64,000 bases of DNA, from the IMG/VR virus record IMGVR_UViG_3300020418_000005, positions 10,826 to 74,825 of that record. One strand, 5' to 3'. The notes beneath the pieces were generated by a model that was not told the DNA's origin, searched no databases, and saw only the letters and a list, made by a program, of their open reading frames with translations. This stretch comes from a virus. A program made the position numbers and the translations under genes. Shown piece by piece: positions 39,247-50,100 of this stretch (positions are counted from its first letter, which is position 1; each line of letters begins with the position of its first letter).

Positions 39247-41061
39247 TTAGAATTCAATTACTAACTTGATATCTTCGATCTGGTCAGGTGCACGAGTAAT
39301 TAGTCTTCTATTCTCAACATAAATTACCTCACCTGAGTTATTTTCAATCTCAGGAGCAGCAAGTCCAGATGAGAATGTAACACCTAATAGTGTAGAACCA
39401 TATGAAGTATCTACGTTACCAGATGCAGTAGAAAGTTCTCCAGTAATTGCATTAGAACCATTAGACTCAAATGCTTTTACCACACCAGAATCTGTGTGTG
39501 CATCGTTTGTTTGGATATACTTAAGAACACCAGCAGTTGTAGAACCACTATCTAATGTCCATGATACAACTGTACCATACGCTGTACCACCAGTTACAGT
39601 CTGAGTAATTTTCTCATCAACTGTGTAATCTGCAGAAGCACCTGTGATCTTGATTGCTTTCAATCCAGATAATGTGTCAGCAGTAGCAAATGTTGTAGTA
39701 CCCCAGTTAAATGGATCTGAAATAATACCTATTCTACGGAAGTCGTTGTCTACAGGGAAGTCTCCAGAACCTTCAGAGTATGTAAGACGAATGTTAGTCA
39801 TAACACGCTTACCATTGAGTTCTACTTCTTGATCAGAACCATGACCACCTTCTGGAGCCATGACTACTTCAATAGCACCAACAGCAGAAGCACCAGTTGT
39901 TACAGCAGATGATAAACCAGCATTAGAGAATAGGTTACCATTTCCTAATAGTACGTTACCATAAGTGTAACCTGATCCACGTGCTTCGATCTCAGCAGAT
40001 GTGATTGTACCAGCACCATTTGTTACAAACTTAACCTTACCACCTGTTCCGTCACCTTTAATACTTGTGTATAGAGTCTGTGAAGCAGGAAGACCTGATC
40101 CAGCATTCTCAATAAGTGCAACATCAACTGCACCAGCAACAGCGATACCAGCAACTGCAGTTCTACTTACGTTAGCAGGAAGAACGATTGGCATAAAGTC
40201 TGATGAAAGGAACTTAAGAACATCATCAGTAGGGATAGTATACATATACTTCCAGATGTATCCTGCACCAGTTGACTCTGTGTAAAGACCAGTTGCTGAG
40301 TCATAGTTTCCACCAGCTACATATGGTTCTTCTGTTGCGTTCTGTCCTGTAGTGTTGCTAGGGTTCTCTCCATTATAGAGACACTTAAATACTTCGTAGT
40401 ATGAGTTCATTACATAGAACTTAGCTTCTGAAATGCTTGTAGCACCAGTTGCAGTTGATTTACCAATCTGTCCACCGCCACCAGGTGTAGCAGAGTAATC
40501 TGGTTTCCACATATCAAACTTGGGGTTAGCAACTAAATCCCAGTTATAACGGCGGATAACTGTTCTTGCAAAAGAATCAGTAATACGTTTGGCAGCAATT
40601 AATTCGTCGTATAGAGCAATCTTCTCTCTCTGATTATCTAGAGGAAGTGGTGGAACATCTTCTGTAGCGTAACGATATACACCAGAGACTGCTGTAGCAC
40701 CTGTGTCAGAACCACCAGATCCACCTGTTCTACCTTTTAATGCAGATCCTAGAGGAGGAGCAGAGTTAACACCATTACTTCCAAAAACGTCGGTTAATAA
40801 TAAAGCGGTGTCATATACTGCTGCAACTGTGGCACGAAAAGCAGTTGATCCATATGTACCCACATAGACTTCATTCCCGACCACGAAAGCCGTAGAGTTC
40901 TTGGTATGTATTTCCAGATATGCTTTCCACGGTTGTGGTCTACCCACAAAGAAATACATTCTTGATCTTTCCGCACTGGTGTCTGTCGCACCTTCGGTTA
41001 AAGATTCTAAAAATTGTTTAGCGTTAAAAATTCTAAACTTATCAGAGATAATAGCAGCCAT
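39247..41061 (-). CDS. g8: Baseplate wedge subunit gp8
   Basis: MAAIISDKFRIFNA, FYVMN..EVFKCL.N, YIWKYMYTI, NDFRRIGII.DP, YVENR..ITR..DQ.EDIKLVIEF. Confidence 0.85.
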   Translation of the reverse strand: MAAIISDKFRIFNAKQFLESLTEGATDTSAERSRMYFFVGRPQPWKAYLEIHTKNSTAFVVGNEVYVGTYGSTAFRATVAAVYDTALLLTDVFGSNGVNSAPPLGSALKGRTGGSGGSDTGATAVSGVYRYATEDVPPLPLDNQREKIALYDELIAAKRITDSFARTVIRRYNWDLVANPKFDMWKPDYSATPGGGGQIGKSTATGATSISEAKFYVMNSYYEVFKCLYNGENPSNTTGQNATEEPYVAGGNYDSATGLYTESTGAGYIWKYMYTIPTDDVLKFLSSDFMPIVLPANVSRTAVAGIAVAGAVDVALIENAGSGLPASQTLYTSIKGDGTGGKVKFVTNGAGTITSAEIEARGSGYTYGNVLLGNGNLFSNAGLSSAVTTGASAVGAIEVVMAPEGGHGSDQEVELNGKRVMTNIRLTYSEGSGDFPVDNDFRRIGIISDPFNWGTTTFATADTLSGLKAIKITGASADYTVDEKITQTVTGGTAYGTVVSWTLDSGSTTAGVLKYIQTNDAHTDSGVVKAFESNGSNAITGELSTASGNVDTSYGSTLLGVTFSSGLAAPEIENNSGEVIYVENRRLITRAPDQIEDIKLVIEF

Positions 41062-41101
41062 TGTTTTTCTGTTCCGACGTTATTGTAATATGTGCCTGAG
41101 T

Positions 41102-41121
41102 TATTTATACGTTTATTTATA
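41102..41121 (-). promoter_or_regulatory. Tandem T4-type late promoters TATAAATA upstream of g8
   Basis: tatttata at 41102-41109 and 41114-41121. Confidence 0.7.
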
Positions 41122-44100
41122 CGATTGATATAGGTACTATCTCAGATCCAGACGCAATCTGATTATCACCATTATGTCTAGTACAACCAGTGAAGCTGTT
41201 AGCAGTCTTACCAGTATACTTGATTATGCCAGTATATGTACCATTGTTATGTAAAAGATACCCTGTTGTTGGGAAGTAAGTTGTGTCTTGTACAACAATA
41301 TCTCCGCCAATAGTTCCTACTGTAGAACTAATAGCAACAGGATTTTGTATTGATGGTAGTGCAAGATTAAACTTATCTCCTGCCTTTGTAAAGGTAGATT
41401 TTGCTCTATCTACAAAGTCACCAAGAGTTAATGATGGGAAGTATGTTGATATATCAGAGATTGTTAGGTTAGATACATCACAGGTTCCATCATCAAATGA
41501 TATGTACTGCCAGTTTCCTATGTTAGGACCTACAGTAGTCTTAATGTAAGAACCGACATATTCGTTAGTTCCAAATTTTTCGTTTCTTATCTCAATAATT
41601 GTTCCATCACGTTGAGTAACAGTATAGTTACCAAGAGCATTCTCAATCAAATCAACTTGGTTTTGATTTCTCTGTTGTACAGGATCATTGATGAATGCTG
41701 TTTCCTCATAACCATCTATTGCACCGCCAGGTGGAGGTACGATAAGAACTTCTACTGCTTCCTTAGTAATTTCTAAATCACTAGGACTGGTTACTTGTCT
41801 CTGTACTTTTCTTTCAAATCCAGAATCAACAAATCCAATGTTAATCATCTTAACATCACTTTCAGACTCAACCTGTAGTAATCCAGCAGATATAACTGTT
41901 ACATCTTCAATCTGTCTGAGGTATGTTCCTGCAACCCAATCTTGTTCAGTAGTATTTTCATAACCTCTGATAATTTGATAGAATCTATCAGAAAGTTTCT
42001 TATTATAATAGACAATCTCATTACCAACCATCAATCTACCCATAGGAGCAAACTTAAATGTATCAGGAATGTAAGCGATGGTATCACCAATATTAAAGTC
42101 AAGATCCAAGTAAGCAGCATTCTCAAAGTAGTTAACATTGCTAATTGCATTGTTAGGAATCTCAATCTGTTGAGTTGCTGTGATTGCCTTAGATACAGTA
42201 GAAATAGAATTGAGAGATACAATATCTTGAATCTCTGCAGAGACAACAGTTGCTTCGTACGCAGGACCTTCAAAGACTTGTACATCAGCAGCTGCGGTTG
42301 GTCTATTAGTATTAATTTCTACATAATCTCTTTCTGGGTCTAATGCACCACCAATAGAGAATACCTCTATTTCATCAGGAGTAAACTCTCTTTCAAATTG
42401 AATCTCTGCACCACCATCAGGTGCTCTTACTGATAATGTACTAATACCTGTAATAGAACTAAGACCAGACTCATCAATCTCAGTAATGACTGAGAAAGCA
42501 CTCATTCCACCACTTTCAACAAATGGACTAACCGCTACATTGATTAAAGAAACACCAACTTCCCTATCACTTAGTATATCAAATCTTCTAGTTGTAATAA
42601 CTTTAGGTGCTTTAGTATATCCAGAACCACCATCAATAAGATCAACACTAATAACTTGACCTTTACTTACAAGAACATTTGCTCTTGCACCACCACCATT
42701 ACCATCTAATGATTCAAACTTAAGTACAGGAGGTGTGAAGTATTGATATGCAGTTGGTTGTGTAAGTGGATTATAACTACGCTGATTCCATGTAAGAGAT
42801 ATTACAGACCCATTTTCAATTTCTGCAACCACAGAAAGACCTTCTCCTCTCGTAATTCCAGTATAAGTCTCAACTGAGACTGCACCAAAGATATCATCAG
42901 ATGTTTGTTCATTAGGTCTTCCATCTTTACTGGTAGTTTCAGTAGGAAGTTTTTTGATTCTCCTAAATTTATCCTCACCTTCAACTCTAATATTATCTTG
43001 ATTAGAAAGATAAACAAAAGGTGCTTTATATGTTTTACCATAATTTGTTCCAGACCAATCAGCATTAGCATCTCTTAATATCTTTCTACCATCAGCATCT
43101 TTTTTAAAGTTTAAAATCTCATCTGCTATTTCTCCATCTGTTAGTACAAATGTATTATTATAGTTTCCTTTAGATGCAAATGTATAATCTAAACCAGCCT
43201 CTATATTAGAGTTATGGCATTTTAGAGTAAACACCACTGTATTTCCAGTTCTGATTGGATTTGTAATCTCACCAATTATATTTTTAGTATTATCTGCCCT
43301 TGTTTGCCAAACATGAATAGGATTACCAATTTTCTCATTCATCCAAGAATACTTAAGTAAAGTATCCATATTTTGTTGAGATGCAGTAAATGAGAATGTA
43401 CCTTGACCAAAATAAGAATCTGGTGCAAAATCATATATGTTTAATATTTGACCTACGTCTCTACCATAGAGATAACGTATATCAATTCTCATTTCTTTTT
43501 TGATAGAATCATGGAATGTGATGTTAGGACCTGATACTGTATATGCTTTTCCTTTTACTTGCAACACACCATCCAAGAACACATAGAGACTGTCTTCAGA
43601 TTCTATGTTTTGTACAGTCATATCTTCCACATCAAGAATTAAGAAAGGACCGTTTCTAACACCATCTACTAAATCAAAATCAATAGTAAGTCTCTTGTAA
43701 TTACCTACACCTATACCCACAACTTTTTCTACAGCAGTTGGTTCACCAATAGTCTTAGCACCTAAATCTTGATCCCATATAGGAGCAACATCAAATTTAA
43801 CTACGTTAGGAATAACAGTTCTATCAATCCAGTATGCGTCTTGTAAAGGATAATTTTCTGTAAACTTAGGTCTTTGTAATACAGAATTTATAGTCAAGAA
43901 TAAATCTTCATCCTCTTCTGTGTCTACTTCAGTATTATCATCCCAATATAATTCAAAATCTGTAGTCTCACCATCAATATAGTCAGGTAGACTTCTTGTT
44001 GTAGATTCTTCTTTGATAGTACCACTCAAATTATCGTATAAAGAATCCATCGCAGAGATTACAGTAGTACACTCTTCTGCAGGAAGTAAAGGATCACCAA

Positions 44101-47100
44101 GTATATTGTAATTAGAATATGTTACTGTGCCAGTCCAATTACCAGACTTATTCTGATTGACTGGTGTTTTCTCTATTAGACCACGCCCTTCTGTAAGGAT
44201 AGTATTGACAATACTATGGTATGTGTTAAGTGTACTCTCTACCTCTGCACATACAGGACTTAGTGAATCTACAATAGCATTGGGATCAGTGGTTGGTAAC
44301 TGGTTTCTCATTGCCTGTACCATTAGATCCTTAGCATAATTAAATGTCGCAACTGTCTCAGTTAGAGATCCAGTGATATAATATAATTCTTCTCCATAAG
44401 GATATTCTTTCTTCTGATAATATAACTGTGCTGCTTCTACAATTTTGAAGTTACCACCCATCTTAAGATGATACACATATGCGTCTAATATGAGACCAAT
44501 GTCTCTACCACATTTACTACTGATAGTTCCCCAGTTTAATGATGGGTACTGTGCTTGTGCCCATGCGAGTGATGTAGAAATAATATATGCTCTGTTAGAA
44601 CTAATCAATTGTCCTGCTTTATAGAACATACCTTTGTTCAATGCACTCCAACCAAACTTAGCTTGTGTTGTACCTGAGAAAGAAAGAGGTACTGTGACAG
44701 TTGCACCAGGTGGCACACTGAATGTAGATCCTAATGGAACTTGTGCAGTGCTAGTAGCAATAGAACCTGTGCTACCTGTTCCAGTTACAGGAGTGGTTCC
44801 TGCTGGAGCACCTCCACCACCACCAGAGTTTGCTAGTGCTGCATTGTTTAGTGTTATTTGAGTCTCACTATCAATAGATACAATCTTAGTTCCTGTTGGA
44901 TATGATCTACCAGAACTTACAAATAGACCAATAGCAAGATTCTTAGTGCTACTGACAGTCATTGTTTTCTGACCTTGAACATATTCAATGTTTACATCAA
45001 CAAAGTCCCAGTTTCTAATTGCAAGTTTTGCTAACCTAGTTGCGTATTCAAATATGTCATTAGACTCTGTTTTATAATTCCTGATGTAAAGATAGGCACT
45101 ACCAGAACTAAAGATAGATGCATAATCAATAGTTTTAACATTACCACCAAATCTTATATCATGTTGATAAGCATCTAAGATTGCTCTGATGTTTGCTTCA
45201 TAGTCATCTTGTTTTGTTGCCCAATCTAATGATGGGTGTGTCGCTTTACCATATCCAACAGTCTCATTAACAATAAACTGCACATTTCTTTCTATTTGAT
45301 TTGCAGCATCAATCCATGTTCCACCACGTTGGAATATATTTCTTACTTTTTTGAAGTATTTTGTGTTATATTGTTCTTCTTTAAATTTAAAGACCTTACC
45401 ATAGAAAGTAACACCAGCAAGAGGTGGTTGAGAAAATACAATACTTCCAGAACTTAAACTATATGCAACGCCAGGTTCTTGTATAACTCCGTCAAGAGTT
45501 ACAATCATATTTTTTTGTTTGTTGTCTGCTAGATTAAATGCTACACCATCTTTCTTAGTAGTGAATGTTGTAGTTCCTTGTAATCTTCCATCATTATCAA
45601 AATAACCATCAAATGATGCATCAAGTGTAAATTCAAATATCTCTGCTTCATTAAAATTAAAGTCACTTGTTGCTGCAGTACCAAAACCTTTACGTATTCT
45701 TTGGTTCTCTATTTTTTGTACAGTTTGTGTAACAGTTCTTCTAGAATTCTCAACTGTAATCTTATTCTTATCAGGATCCCATAATTGTACAACACTAAAA
45801 TGTGATGAGTCAGGAATACGTTTCTTAGGTAACTCAACTAAAGAACCTTGATCTGTTGTTTCTAAATTAGCAGTTGCTTCAAGATCTACTTGACCAAATA
45901 GTTTAAATCCAGCAGGGTGTGTAGTAGCTTTAATTAAATCACGCCACTGTTCAATAGATGTTCCTGATTTTATAACATAAGAATAGTCTTGATAGAATGT
46001 GCTATCCAATATCTTTTGATTTTGTACACCTAGTTTTCCTTTGTCTGATTGATAGTAACCTAAGTTATCATAGAAACTAGAAATCTCTTCATTAAATGTA
46101 GTTACAAAAACAGATTGAACAATTCCTGATACAGGCATCAATACAGATTCTATAGAAATGTTTTGACGAATGATGCCAGTAGAATTTGCTACCTTAAGTA
46201 AGTTAGATCCAAATCTCCATTCTACTACTGTTGCTCTGAATACTTCTACACCATTAATTTTTTGTACTACTTGCTCACCAATTCTAAAATTACCATTATA
46301 ATCTCTAAGAGAAAGAACATAGTTAGAACGGAATGTAGATGATACAGTTTCATCTAAGTGGAATGCTCCACCATTAGATGTTATCCTTACACTTTGTGGT
46401 ACACCTATAGTAGTGCTTTCTGCATATGCTTCGACATCACCTTCCACAATGAGAATTTCTGGTGCATATGTGTATCCTTTACCTGTTTTTTCTACAGTGA
46501 TAGATGTAACTTTTCCATCTCTAACTAAAACTTTGAACTTTGCGTCTGCACCATCTGATTTAGTAACTACAATTTTAGGATTTACATAGTTAGATCCTTC
46601 ATTTGTAATGTCTACTCCTGTTATTGTCTGAGATGCTGTATCAAATAATACAGTCGCTGTTGCTCTGTAAGATTCATTAGGATCAATACCAGTAATAATT
46701 GGAACTTTTTTATAATTGAGTCCTAAATTTATGATGCTGACCTTATCAATCTTACCGATAGCAAACTGACCAGTAGTAGTGTAAGAAATGGATCCAGAAC
46801 CATCCCATAGAGGAGTGTTGATAACATCATAAACGAAACGATTTGGTGTAACATAATTGATAGTCTTAGTTCCTTGTAGAGGATCAGTTACTATTTTAAA
46901 GTATGCTCCTTCTGCATTTACTACATTCTTATTATCAAAGTAATAGAAGTTTGTAAAATCTGTTCCAACTTTTGTTTGGTAGTTATTAGTAGCAAGTCTA
47001 GAACCAAATCCAAACTTAACATCTGTAAATGCACCAGAGTTGCCAGGTAATACAGTAGATTCTAATTTCTCTACTGTAATTAAATTGTAGTTTCTACTTG

Positions 47101-50100
47101 GACTAATATCAAAGTAAGTCCCAGTGAGACTAGAATGAGACGTATCAAACTTATATTTGTAAAATTCTTGTAGATCTATGTTAGGGTTAGGTACAAATGT
47201 ACTATTGTCTTCTGAGAATTCAAATTTGTATACTACATCTTCAGCAGATCTAACAGAAACTAATCTTTGTGGTGAACTTGTATCAAAGAAACTAGAACTT
47301 AATACAACCTTATTTGCATTAGTGTTCAATGTTGCATAATCATATACAATGATTATCTTATGTGTTACAGGATCATATGATTGTATGTAACCTGATAATG
47401 AACCAGTAAAAATCTGATAATTGTTTGTGAAGTTATATTGAGCTTTGTAAAGAGATACTTCTTGTCCATCAAAATGATCTACATCTGTAGTTCCTTCTTG
47501 TCCTCTTATTACAGAAATATCATTTGCATTAATACCAGAAATTTTTAAAATTTCTTGACCTATTTGTATAAGATCATTTTCTGCAAATCCTTGTGCACTA
47601 TCTACAGTAACTTTTGTTGCACCAGCAGCAATACCAACATGTCCAACATATAGAGTTAATCTTGCTGTTGATGTAGATGCACCAGACCTTACTAGATCTT
47701 CATCAGCAACTGATAGATAATCACCCTGTGCATATCCAACACCAGCATCTTGTATCTGTATGTCAGAAATTACCCCTGCATCAGAAACAGTAAAGATAGC
47801 AGTTGCTCCAGATCCCGATCCACCAGTAAGAGCAACACTAGTGTAAGTACCAGCTGTATAGTCAGCACCACCATTAAGGACTTCATATCTTCCTATTCCT
47901 GTAAAATTAATTTTTGTTTTTGCACTAGGAGGTAATAAAATTGCCTCTTGATATAACCTCTTTCTTACATAGTAATTTTTGGTTTTAGTATTATCATTAG
48001 GATTAATTTCTATATCTACATTATCTCCAATTCCTAATCCATGTGGTGATGTTGTTTCTATTAAAGCAACACTTTGATTAACTTCAAACGGATTTAATCC
48101 ATCACTAAGAGATGTAAGTCTTACAATTCTAGTTCCAGAAGTATTGAACAAATCACTAGACTGTAAGAAATAATTATCATCTACAATCCATGTACCTGTC
48201 AAAACCTTGATCTGGACTACGTTTTGAGCAGAAGTTCCTTCTAATACCTCAGCAGTTGCAATAGGTGCATTGACACCATCAGTCAAACTTAATGTAGCAC
48301 CTTTTGTATAAGAACTTCTTTGATCTAGTAAAACATCAAATGTCTTAATTGCAGCAGAGAATGTACCAGTATTATCAAACGTACCAGTTACATTTTTTAG
48401 TACAATTGTACTATCATTCTTAACTGTACCAACAATAGAACCAAATGCACCAGATGAAGGTTGAGTTAATGTATCATCTGCAAACAAATATGCATTTTGA
48501 ATAACTGTTAACTTAACAACCTTATCTTCTTTTGACTGTAAGTAGGATACAGTTTTACCTTTTACAGAAGATATAATTGCTTCTGCTTCTGAACCTTGTG
48601 TTCCTGTATTATCAAAATATACTTGTGAATTTATAGAGAAGTTAGCAGAAGAATCTACTACTCTAACACTTTCCACATTACCCTGTTTTACTTCTTCTAT
48701 TTGTGCAAGGAATCCATCTCCATTACGTGGCATTCCTGCTTGGTAAAAACGTCTTGCTTTTTTAGGAATATCGTTTTGATTGATATTAGAATTGTAATTA
48801 CTATCAACAGGTAACGAGTAAAAATTCTCTCCTAGAATGTATGGATATTGCGGTACTTGATTGCTATCAATAGTAAGGAAATAAGCATAAGTTCCTTGCG
48901 GAAAGTCTGGGGTAATACAAAATCTTCCATTGTTTTCATCTAGTGTGCCACTTTTGTGGGTATAGGTATAGTCATTGACAAAAGTTCCAATAGGATATCT
49001 TGTCAAATCAGGTCCTTCAGAACGATTACCATTGATAGAATAACTAGATGTCATTCTAATAATAGATGACGTAGAATCTAAAGGATTCTCATAACCAAAC
49101 GCACCATATATTGGATTGCCATCATATGCAAAACCAATTATAGGTGAGTGTGATTTAGATGCTGGTTCTGTTCCAGCACTGTTTATATTGTCACTGAGTG
49201 AGACACGAAGTGCTTTCGGGTTTGCAGCATAACCATAACCATATTCTAGTACGTTATTATAGTTATCAAATACATAACCGTTTTCTGTATCTAGTTTAGA
49301 CTCTAATTTTTTGTATCTATTGAAATTCCATTCTTTAAGAAGAGGTATACCAGTCGCTCCATTACCTACTGGAACTATGTCAACTATTACAGTATCTTGA
49401 CTATAGAAATTACCTTCTGCAATTTTATTAAAACCAGTAATCTGTCCATCAGTATTGACTATTGCTTCAAACTCAGCAAATCTACCTCTACCAGCATTAT
49501 CTCTAATTTCAATTTTTGGAGGAGAAGAATAAAACTCACCAGCATTATCAAGTATTAGACTTGTTACCTTACCACCAGTAACCACAGCACGAACAGCAGC
49601 ATTTCTACCAGATGTAATTATTATATCTGGAGTTCTAGGAAATACATCACTGGTGTCTACAGTTATGCTTTCTACGACCTGTCCTGCTAATATTGCTCTT
49701 GCTTTATTAGGCACTTGATCTATCAATACAAAAGGTGGTCTTACATATCCAGTTCCACGAAGATCAACCTTGATTTGTTCTAACTTACCATATCTAATGC
49801 TTTCTGGATCTTTGTAACCATAGAAAGGTACACCATTTAATCCAATACCAACATCTCTTTTAGGTGTGGGATATGTTTCTGTAGTTCTAGTTGCTTGCTT
49901 TCTAATAATACGAAGAAGTTTCTGATCTAATACTGTTTGATTGACAACAGAACCATCTAAAATTTTATGTGATGGAAAACTAGAACTAGCAATATAATAA
50001 TACTGATCGTCAGCAAGTATAGCAGATACATTTGTTGATACTTGATCTAATGATGTAGAGACTGCTGGTAACGTGGGAACATTAACTGCATTACCAGTTC

